From assembly GCF_037042905.1 (NCBI RefSeq), contig NC_087247.1:60822001-60886000 (forward strand): a stretch of 64,000 nucleotides of DNA, in the 5' to 3' direction. Source of the stretch: Lytechinus pictus. Taxonomy: Eukaryota. The translations under genes and the position numbers were made by a program. Positions 41,901 to 53,900 of the stretch are shown in pieces (position 1 is the stretch's first letter; each line of letters opens with the position of its first letter). Below the pieces are notes generated by a model that searched no databases, was not told the DNA's origin, and saw nothing but the letters and a program-made list of their open reading frames with translations.

Positions 41901-44900
41901 CATCAATCAAGCAAATAACGTTGTAATTATATGAGCCTATCACTCCTGTAAAGGAGTCCGGGTGCAGTACTATGAATGATCGAGTTCTTTGCTAGTTGAC
42001 AAAATTATTCAAAGCGTGCCCGATCTTGGATATGACCCAAATTACCACACAGTGCGCTTGTGAATATTCATGAGCTACCACTAGTCCAGGGTTAGTGAGT
42101 TTCGTGTGTGAAAAGCAAGCATTCCATAGCCGGGGTTAGGCAGAAAGTTTGTGGTGTGTGTACGGGGTTAAGGATAGTAAAAGGGGTTAGTGATAGTCCA
42201 GGGTTAAGAAAATCCTGTGTAAAAAAAGCCTTTTGTGTTCAGCTTTATAGTGAATTTGACTTTTTATAATCATTTTCAGCCTGGAGTACCCCTTTGACCT
42301 GAGCCCACTTTGGTTTCAGACTTCCTTTTACCACAGTGGTCTAGCACAGCAAATAAATACTATCTGGCCCTGGTAAAAGGCAGGGGCTGGTATTCAATTT
42401 AAAGTATTGATTTTGTAAGTATTTTACTTCGCATTTTACTTAGCGAAGCAAAGTGCTTAAACACGCATTCAGATCACATCTAAGTATTTTACTTTATCAA
42501 GGCAAATTTAAGCAAAATACTTAATACCCACTATGACGACAAAGTTTGAGCCAAATAACAGGCAATGTACAATGCATGAATCCACCTGTGTGCACATACT
42601 GCGCATATCATGTTTGTAAACTGCACGCAAGCCAGACTTAAGTCTGGTTGGCAGCTGACTTAGATTGAAGCAAAATGCAATTGAATACCAAAGATGGATA
42701 GGTTTCGATTGCATTAAAATACTGAGTAAACTACTTAAAATTCTGACTAGGTATTGAATTGAATACCGGGGCCAGCATCCTTGCAATCTAGGTGGGCAAC
42801 TGCGGTAGTAAGAGCTGTAGTATGAAACCAAACCGGTGATGCTAAAGCATTAACCTCGAAAGTCAAAGTTTAAGTTAAACAAGTGCTGTGTGGCAAAATA
42901 TGTCATAGGCCCGTGTTAAATTATACTGAATTTCTGAACTACACCTAACCAGGCTATAAAGCAAATGTAAGATTGATAATAGTCTGAAACAAAAAATAAA
43001 GTTTCAAGGATAGTTTGGGATTAAAAAACGGTAGTCTGAAAAGCAGATCTCCTTTATATAGGCTAAGTAGTATAACAGAGATGTTCCAGGAAATACTAGA
43101 ATAATGAAAGGGTATTCAGCCTCAGGAGAGGGATTCATAAAATAACAGATGTGGTTACCCAAGACCCTGTTCTTAATATACTTGAACGGGTTTCTCTTAA
43201 ACCAGTTTAGAAGATCGTTTCGCTAGCTTCTCATCACCATATCCTGAACTGGTTTCTAGAACCAGTCTTGTTGCTATGGGAATGCTCTCAGTGGGGTTAC
43301 ATGTTTCGCATTAAATTTGAAACCACAGAGTAGGCCTACATAAGTATGAGAGTGTGTGCAAGTTGGGCACATGTAGTTCACACACCCAGCATGCATGCAC
43401 TCTCGTACTCCCATGCGAAGGTCACTTCCTGAAGAGCATTTGTGCCCTCACATACGCATAAACCAGTTTAACAAAGCAAAGTGGTCTTTTCCAAAGGGGT
43501 TTTTAAAACTGGTTTAGATGACCACTAAGAACCCGTTCTCATTAAGCTTTCTAAAACTAGTTTACTGGAAGATCGCTTTGCTAGCATTCCCATTTGATCA
43601 CACGAAAGTGGTTTTCAAAATCACATCAATGATGTTGTTGCTATGGGGATGCTCTCAGTGGGGTGACACGATTCGCGCAAAATTTGAAACTGCAGCGTAG
43701 GCGTTCTACACACAGTGTGGGACAGTGTGTGGAGAAGCGTGCTTAAAAAATGCGAAGATCGCTTCCCGAAGAATGGTTGTGTCCTCACTTACGCTAAAAC
43801 CAGTTTAACGAGGCAAAGCGATCTTGAAAACTACATCGCGAGGTGGTTTTATGAATCGGTTTGGAAGATCGCTTCGACCGTTCTCATTACACGTTAAACT
43901 AGTTTCCACTAACTAGTTTTAGGAAGGTAGTGAAAAAGGTGTCTCTGATTACTTCCATGACCGCTCTGAGCGTTCCTACTACCGCATGTTTAAGAAAATA
44001 GATGAGAACAGAGTCTAAGAATCTGCAATGGAGGCCTACTACTATCAGGCCGTTCAGACTGTCTCCCGTCACCCGGGGGAAGGGGGAGAGAAATCTTATC
44101 TCTTTATGACCGACCGTCCATACATCCCCCGGTGTCCGGGAGATTGGCCCGGGGGGGGGGGGGATGAGTGTAGTCTGCAGGCACAGACCCTGATTGGAAC
44201 TTTGATCAATTAGTGTGCCTCCACGCAAAGACTATCACATACAAAACTTGCTGAGCGAGAGAGCCTTCAGTACACAAGGCATGAGTAGGCTGCACATTCA
44301 GACCCTTAACTCGAGTGAAGGGTTTGCCCAGCAGACTAGGATGAGTGGGCTAGGTCATCGGCATGGTTACGTAAGGCGCGCCCGCACATAATAACGCAGG
44401 AAATGCAATTACTTGCAGCTAGCCGAGCACTAGCACAGTACTGAGCAGAAGCAGTTCTCTTGACACCACATTTCGCGCATGCGCACTTATGATAAAAACA
44501 GGTGCGCGATCTCGGATTACGAGCCAAGGTCGCTCTTCCTTCGAAAAACCCGGGGGATAGAACCGGGAGACGGGGGACAATCCTCCAGACCGTCCAGACT
44601 GTCGATTTTCCGGGGTGACGGGGGACAGTCTGAACAGGGGGTAAGACTGTTCATAAACTATATGTAAATATATATTATATTCATTGTAATTCATTAATTT
44701 GTAAAATGATCCCTTGAGCATGTGCTGTGTGCACCAAAACAGATCTTAAAGAAAAGAATATTTTAAAAAAGTGGTTTCAGTTCCACAAATGTTTTTGAGT
44801 CTACTTTTTTAATATGTACAATTCATGGACATATTGTATGAACTGATCTCTTGTGAAATATTTTGGATACGAATAAAAAAGTATTGTAAAGAAGTGTTTT

Positions 44901-47900
44901 TGTAATAAAGGAACCCCATGGAAGGGTAAAAAATATATATTTTAAATATGTGTGCACCAATAAATAAAAAAACAATTATTAACAAGTGGAACGCCTCTGG
45001 CAGTCTCGCCTGCATTACACGATTTGATATAGCAGCAGTGCTGACTTTGAATTCATGTCCATTGACCCCAAATGACCTTTGACCATGATCATGTGATCTA
45101 AGATGTGTGCAAAACAATCATTTATACTTGATTACCATTATGTCTAGATGTTTCATGAACTAGCTCCATAAAAATTTAAAGTTACGATGGAAATTCAACA
45201 AATACCCCCAACATGCCCAAAGATCATTGACCCTAAATGACCTTTGACCTTGGTCATGTGACCTGAAACTCGGTCAGGATGTCCAGTAATACTTCATTAC
45301 CCTTATGTGTAAGTTTCATGAACTAGGTCCATAAAAATTCTAAGTTGCATGTATGATGACATTTCAAAAACTATTGATATTGATTCCCCAAACATGGTCT
45401 AAGTTCATTGACCCTAAATGACCACTGACCTTGGTCATGTGACCTTTAACCAAGGCAGGATGTTCAGTAATACTTGATTACCCTTATGTCCACGTTTCAT
45501 GAACTAGGTAAGTAAACTTTTTTAGCTATGATTTCATTTCAAATTGATGTTCACGCCGCCGTCGGAAAAGCGGAACCTATAGTCTCGCTCCGCTATGCAG
45601 GCAAGACAAAAATTGTAATGTGGGCCTAAAATTTCTTACTGTATTTAATGTGTACAGTTCAAAGTTTTTTTTTCTTTCAACTTTCTAGATGTCAGAAAAT
45701 GAAATGTTTTTAACTGTATTAAAACTTAGTGTATACTTTTCTACACTCCACTTTTTTAGTCTGAATGAATTCAAATAGAGAAATTATAAACCTTTTTCAA
45801 CATTTTAATAACTTTTTTTCAAGTGTTAACTTTACATGTTAAGTGTACAGTGTAAATATGCACAGACCAATTTACAATCTACAATAAATATACTTTAGCA
45901 ATTCAGAGTTGGGGCATGTTTATGCTTGCACTTTTCAGGCCAGAAACAGTGTTTTCATATGTGATAAGTTCTTGCTTATTTTCATCACAATGTTTTAAAA
46001 CAGTGATTGTACAAAAAGGTGCGTTTCAAAACGTTGTTTCTTCAGAATCAGGGTTTCTGGGGAAGTATAACAAGACCATACTCAAATTATATTTGATGGG
46101 AGTGTGTCTCACGAAACCCTGAAATGGGGGTCTAAGGAACTGACCACGAGGGTAAAACACAGGGTCTTCGGAACTAAATATATACCGGGCGGTGTGAAAA
46201 ACAGGGTCTACAGAAAGGGATTGCGGTACAGTAATATGTGTGCACGCTAGCACTGTGCATGTATTTCTGGGCGCTAGTGGTGCACGGAGCTGCTAGCGGA
46301 GGGAGTTGTGAAGTCATGCGTGCAGCTCTCACATGCCGTGCTCGCGCTGGACAATTTTGGCAAGGCTAAGGAACTGAGATGTTTCGTAACGGGGTCTTGC
46401 GAGCGGGGCGAAGTGGCTTCTGAATGGAACTTTTGTCATTTGGAGTATCTATAGAGAGCTGAAAATTAGGTCTAAAAACGGGGTCATCGAAGCGGCACGT
46501 CCCTGTACCACCATTGAGTGCCCCCCTTGGGGGTAGGCCTTATATCATACACAATGATCATCCTGATATCATATCTGATAGCTTGTTAAAGGTCAAGTCC
46601 ACCCCAGAAAAAATGTTGAATTGAATAAATAGAGAAAAATCAAACTAGCAAAACGCTGAAAATTTCATCAAAATCGGATGTATAATAAGAAAGTTATGAC
46701 ATTTTTAAGTTTTGCTTATTTTTCAAAAAACAGTGATGTGCACAACTCAAATGAGACAGTCAATGTTGTCCCTCACTCACTATTTCTTTTGTTTTTTATT
46801 GTTTGAATTATACAATATTTCATTTTTTATAGATTTGACAATAAGGACCAACTTGACTGAATCATATAGTAATGAACAATGCTCATTCCACATGTTCAGG
46901 GAGGAATTAATCGTTTCACTCGACAATGAGGAGAAAAATAGAATATTCCATATTTCATATAATAAAATACAAAAGAAATAGTGAGTGGATGACACCATCA
47001 GTCTCCTCATTTGCATACCCACCAGGATGTGCATATACATGTAACTGTTTTGTGAAATTAAGCAAAACTTTAAAATGTCATAACTTTCTTAATTTTGAAT
47101 ATGCTTGTTGGATTTTTCTCTTTTCATTCAAATCAACTTTTTGTTGGGGTGAACTTGTCCTTTAAAGTAATCAATTAACTTGAGATTATTCCAAAACTGA
47201 TCAGCAAATGCATGACTATTAAATTTCATGATTGAGCTCCTGCATACATATCATTGGATTTTTTTAGATAATTTGTGAATTTCCTTTTCTAGTATTGATG
47301 TCATTCATTCAGGAGCTTATGGTAGACCAGGGGCAAAGGGTAATTCACTCCTAACATACAAGAAATAGTACAATTTAAGTTGCAAAAGAGCTCCTTTGGT
47401 GGCACCACATTACACTATAGGCCTACATCAACAAATACAAAGATGCCAACTTTTGGAAATCAGAATTAAGAAGGATTTGCATACATAAAATTATGTGTAC
47501 TGCCGTGTAGCAGACATCCTGGGGTAAAAAAGGGCCTGGCTCTGGGTTGTTCTCTGAGTCTTATTTATATGCAAGATATGTTTTAAGAAATAAATCAGTT
47601 CCCAATATTTTAACATAGTCTAAATATTACCATGGAGTCATGGACATACACAGAATATTAGCTTTACATTATTTTTTTTAATTTTTATTTAATTCATAAA
47701 TTTATATTACGGTGGGAAGAGAGCTGCTACAGGCTCTCTGGTGCAACCCGAGCATTATTTTTCCATTGTTTGAATGTTTCAGATAAAAAATAGAATTTGA
47801 ACTCAAACTATTGTTGAATATGCATTTTTACACAACGTTTTAATAAAATATTTTAAAACATTTTTCGAGAGGATTAATTTGCTGATTATAAGAGTGGGAG

Positions 47901-50900
47901 TTGGGGCCATTTTTCAGGAGCCTTACAATGGAGTCAGGAAGGTTAGCATCTCTGCATACAATCACATCACAGCATGTTCTAGTAGCCCTTTCTCTATCAG
48001 CCCAAGTATGCAGTGAATATGACCTTGGGATATGGAGCATTATCCACTTTAAATGATCTGTGTTTTACTTTTAGGGTTTTCGAAGGTCATTTCAAAACGC
48101 CGATTGCAAACGTGGTTCAGGGAGTGCTATTTATGCTTACCTTTTCAGAGGCAAAATCACGATCAGCAGACGGCTTCACATCGTAATTTTCGTTCACCTG
48201 GGGGGTGTTTCACAAAGATTTAAGTATGACTTAGAGTCGCACTTAAATACCGAGTTGCGTACGGTATATGAAAGGCTTAACAGCATTGGTCAGATGGTGC
48301 CATGAGAACGCGCACTACTGCGTATCTATCAATAAGATAGCGCGTTGCATATCATGAACGCGTCGGCATTTAAGTGCGACATAAGTCATACTTAAATCTT
48401 TGTGAAACACCCCCCAGGAAAGCAAAGTCAAATTGGACGCGCCCTTTTTCGAAAGTTTTTTTTCCTGAGTGTTGTTATGGTCGACTATTATTTTAACCTC
48501 GAACAATTTCCGATCTTTAGTAATTGCATGGAGCTACTTGACATAGCCATAGAATTTCCACCATGGCGAGGATATAAAAAGTAAGACAAAATAAAGTATA
48601 AAAGTACACATAAGATAATTATAACTTAGACATTAATTATGGTTTTGTTTATGCTACTGGGAACTTTAACTTAGCGATGTCTCCTCACCACAACTCATGT
48701 TCCGTTTTTGTTTTTAATCCCTCAACATTCATCGTGATGAAAAATCAGAGTAGTAATAATCACACATGCAAATGTATAGGGAGTGGAGAGATAATTCTGT
48801 GAAGTTAGAACCATGCAACTGTATTTGCCCGCGTATTTTCATCTCACTGGAAGCATGACCCAAATGACGTCATTTAAACTCGTTTAGATCATGGTCCTGT
48901 TTATGTTTCCCCAGAAACCATGATTCTGGTAAAACAACGTTTTGAAACGCACCTTTTGTAAGTTTATGATCAGCATTCTGAAACGTTGTTTAAAGGTGAA
49001 GTTCACCCTGACAAAAAGTTTATTGTAAAAATAGCAGAAAAATAATTAAAAATATTGCCGAAGGTTAATAAGAAAAAATCATCAAATAATTAAAAAGTTA
49101 TTAGAATTTCAATTATTTGATTTGTGACGTCATATGCGAGCAGCATTCCTACATAGCGAATGGTAAAAATCAATGAAATGTCATTTTCTCAGAAAATAAA
49201 AAATGGTTTTCACTGTACCTTTTGTATATCAATAGACAAATGATTTCACACCCGATCATGAATAGAAAACAAAATTAAGTCATCAGGAACCATACAAAAT
49301 TTGAAATTCATGCATTTTATATTACATAACACATGGGGCAGCTGCTCGTTTATGACGTCACAAATCCAAAACTTTGAACTCTAATAACTTTCTTACTCTT
49401 TAACGGATTTACCTCAAGCCTTCACCAATATTTTTTACTATTTTTTCTATTATTTTTACAACAAAGTTTTCTTCAGGGTGAACTTCCCCTTTAAATGAAA
49501 TTAAGCATGGACGCAAACATGTTTTGGACAAATCACGTATGAAAACGCTGATTCTGGCCTGAAAAGTGGAAGCATAAATAAGCCCTTAGACAGCATACAG
49601 TATGAACTTATTTGGTGGGTCATAGAACAACAATATTGTGCCAGTGTAACAGGTGATAATTCTAGGAAGCCTGCATGTTTCTTTCACATTTGAAAGTACA
49701 CTGGAGGGATATAGAAAACAACAATAAGGATAATTCCCAAGGTGGTTCTCATGACATGACTGGCAAACATGGAATGACAGGAAGGAATTCTATTCAATTA
49801 TATATTTTTTCTCATTCTCTTTGTTTCTCACTGTAGCTAAGTGCTTTCCCTTTTCCTCCTTCTCCTTCTATTTATCCTTCTCCTTTCTTCGTCTCAGATG
49901 CTCCATCCTTCTCCTTTGTCCCTTTTTGCTTATTTTTCCTTCCCCACCTTTTTTTCTTCCTTCTCCTTCTCTTCCTGTTCTTCATTTCTCTTTATTTTTC
50001 TTTTATCAAATATAAAGCTCTACATTAACCTTTCTCCCTCTATTTTAATACTTAGATATATTTCAGTATTTATACTATTTTATAAAATTCATCAGGTACA
50101 GCCTACAAGGGAAGGAAGCTCATAAATTTGATCAACTATTTTTTATATAGGCCCTAAATGTATTCTCTGCTAGTGAATACAAGATGGATGTCAGAGTTCA
50201 AAGGGATTGGGCTTAACATTCTTAACCTCACTACTGGAATGTCCATACTGGTTTACAAAAAACCATCAGACCAATTCCTACCTACACTAACAATGCTGGT
50301 AAGTACAAGTCAAGTTCAAGGTTGGTTACATGATGAGTACGTCATGTAGGCCTACAGGCATTCGGGGAGATTGTGCACGTACATGTATCTGTGCATGGAG
50401 CTATCATGATCTGTTTGAGGTTATTTCAGTGTTTCGTATAGGCTGTGAACCATCCACCGTTCCATCCGCGCTGATGCCGCAAGCCTGTCTAGGCAATAGT
50501 CCTATGTGGACGATGGGTGCATCGCCTTTGACATCGACCTCCAGCCCGCTGTATTTTGAGACATTTTCTCTGACGTGTTTAATAATCAGAAATGAGAAGT
50601 GGCACAAAGTGATAATTTGGAACCCAAAGAATGGCACTGTGGTGAGCAGCAAGTTCATGTCGTCTTTTGGTATAAGCGGACCTAGGTTCGAGTCCCACCC
50701 AGATAATTTGTTTTTAAAGGGAAGGGAGGGGAATATTCTTTTATCTTTTCTTAAAACTCATAAGAATTCAACCAAATTCCCACAAAATTTATTATTTTTT
50801 TATTTTCAACGTCATGATTACATTTTCGGGGCAAGGGAGGGTGGGGATGAGGCTGATTTTAAGCAGCACACGGCACTGGCACCAGTCTGACGGTCCCAGA

Positions 50901-53900
50901 CTGGTAAAAATTGCTGTCGGGCTAGTAACTTTTCAGAAATTATAGCCATATCTACTGATCTGACATGACCAGTAAAAAAAAATATATCAAACTGATACAA
51001 ATGATATTTTCTTCTCTTATGTAAATTATAGAAATGGCTCTCTTAAAAGAAATTGTTCATGTGAATGTTGTGTGTGTACTTTGCTCTAGTTCTTTTTTTT
51101 TGGGGGGGGGGAAGGTAACAACAAACAATAAAAGACAGCAAAATAAACTCAAGTCTTTTTTCATGTTTTCTTTATTTTGGGGGACTAGTAAATTTTAGGT
51201 TCTGACCAGTAAAGAATAGAAAAACTGGGTATCTACTGGTCCAGCATGAACAGAATGGACCAGTAGAAAAAAAGGGTTAGTATGGAGCCCTGTTTTAAGT
51301 TTGAAGGTAAAGTCCACCTCAACAAAATATTTATGTGAATAAATGAAGCAATTTCACTTATTTTTTCATAAAAGTAACTTTTACACAAGACAGTGGTATG
51401 CAAAAGAGAGTCGTTTATGTCACTCATATCACATTTCTTTTAAAATTTAATAGCAATTTATATGATTTTTTTGCAGATTTGATGATAGGGAAACTCTTAA
51501 TCGAATACAAAACCAGTACATAACTTTTCATGTCATCAGTTATACAAACTTTTTTAGACTGCTGAAAATCCATTTTGGCTTTTATAATAGATATATGTAT
51601 CTGCACATTTATAACAGGCAATATAAGACAACTATACACTTTCCATTAAAACAAACAAAGCAAACAATGCAGGCACCATAACTAAATGAAATGATATAAT
51701 ACTCTCATGTAAAAAAAAGGCATTTAAATTACTTACCATTCTGGAAATATCAACAAGATCATAATCATCAATATTAATTCTCCCTGTTCCACCTCCAGTC
51801 TTGAAAGATATATTGTGATTTGACCCTGTCTGGAATATTAGGTGGCCATCATTGGTTAGAATGTTTGGTCTAAACATAAAATAATGGGGAAAAATAAGAA
51901 TGAATTAGAGGTCAAATCCACTCCACAAAACACAAACATGTACTTTGATGCAAGTTGATTTTAATAAATTTGAGAAAATTTAAATAAGTGGAAAACTGAC
52001 AATTCCATTATACTTGGATGTTAAGTTTCACACATACGTTACATACACTGTAGGCCTACATAATATGGGTGAATGAAAAGAGCTGATTTCCATTATAAAG
52101 AAACTCTTGATTGAATCATACTTCAGTTACAATGATGGAAACTACAGATTCAAACGGTGGTGGGCAGGCAAAAAACAATTATAGGGGCTTCTTTTTCACA
52201 ACTTAATACCAATCTGCAACATTGAATAAGCTTTGACATTGCAATGAATGGGGAATTAAAGGGCTTCTTTTTTTAGTTTCCAGTGCTCTTTTGAGCATTT
52301 CTGGGTCTATATCGCCCCCAGACCCTGTGTCATTTTTCCCCTGGTGATGGAGATATTTTTTGTTGCTTTTTATTCACAAGTCCAAGAGTGAACAAGAGTG
52401 GAGCATTCCTTTCAGGACTATATTTTTATTTTCATATATACTTAGATGAATCATGAAAATAAAGCCCTGTTAGTACATGTAAATTGCTGGTCAGTGCTAA
52501 TTCTTGAGTTCAGAGGGATCCAACCGTTCTTGAGGCCTTCTTACAAATCTTGTACAAACATTGTTTTTCTGTTGTTTTTCTGCTACTTTTATAAACCTTA
52601 TTGTCAGGGTGAACTTCCCCTTTAAGAAAATTAGGACCGCAAACATTTCCTACTGCTATTTAAAGTGCTGCAATAGACACAGGTGAGGTGAATGGGTACC
52701 CAGTAGGAATTTTCCTTGAACGCTTTAGCGCATATTAATATGGCGGCTCAGCTACACCTGGGGTAATAATATGATACCAATAACCCTTTCATAAACCCAA
52801 TTATGCGGCTAATAGCAGCATAATTTGGTCGTAAAATCGGAGGAGGACCAGAGTTATCCGCATTATTTTGATGCTGCAATTATCCGCATAATAGCGGCAT
52901 CTGGACCAGATTTTGACTTTATGAACGCATTTTCAAATAATGCGGATAATTGCCATGGTGCGGTCACAAGGTCACCCTTTTCCAACACAACCGCATCGGA
53001 GGGGGCGTGTGCAGTTGTCATGACGATTATCCGCCTTTTTCAGGACGGGCGCTCGTAAAAATAGTGCGGATTATTTTCGGAGTTTGTGAACGCAATTTTT
53101 ATTGAATTATCCGCATTACTCTTAGGCGGCTAATTGGAGGATGGGTTTATGAAAGGGGTACAAGTATCAAAGCGCAGTTGTGTATATGCACATAGTAACT
53201 GTGCTATATAAATGGACATATTATCATGATCATTATAATGTTTGGAAGGAACTTAAAGGGGAATCCAACCCAAATAAAAACTTGTTTTTATAAGAAAAAG
53301 AAAAATCAGACAAGTTGATAGGTGAAAGTTTGAACAATATTGGACAAACAACAAGAAAGTTATGAATTTTTAAAAGTTGTAAATATTGGTAATCACTATA
53401 CTCATGGAGACATCAAATTGGCCGCATATGGGATGTCATAGTGATGTAAGGCAAGGACTACTCTTCCATGTACTCCAATACATATTATGGCTAAAATGTC
53501 ATTTTTCCCAAAAATTTTATTTCAAATTATATTTTTCATTCATGAGGACATTAAACAATATACTACCTGGGTTATTTTTAGATTACTGCCCCAGGGGAAT
53601 GGGTACTTCAGAGAAAACCACAAATCCCTGATAATAAAGTACATGGCCTATGGGAAAGTTGTCCTTGCCCCTTGTCATAATTTACTTTATACCAGTTGCC
53701 AATTTGAAATCTACATACTATTAGTGATCTTAATTTTAAAGCAGCTATTACTTTCTTATTGCTTGTCCGATTTCTTTCAAACTTTCACCATCCTGTTTAA
53801 TTTACTTTTCTCCTTCCCAACACAACATTTTATGGCCAAGGTTGGATTCCCCTTTAAGGAGAATGAAACCCTGGGTTAAAATTTGATTTTGATTTTGATT

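Larger units (their letters stand above)
45912..49585. mobile_element. 3.7-kb Harbinger-like non-autonomous composite with nested insertions
   Basis: TTG|GGGCATGTTTATGCTTGCACTTTTCAGGCCAGAA ... TTCTGGCCTGAAAAGTGGAAGCATAAATAAGCCC|TTA; the IR extends to 46010-46063 / 48908-48960. Confidence 0.75.

Noticed and set aside
49810-50125. F/S/L-rich ORFs (similar ones at 4968, 7398, 16813)
   Set aside because: Low-complexity purine or pyrimidine tracts.
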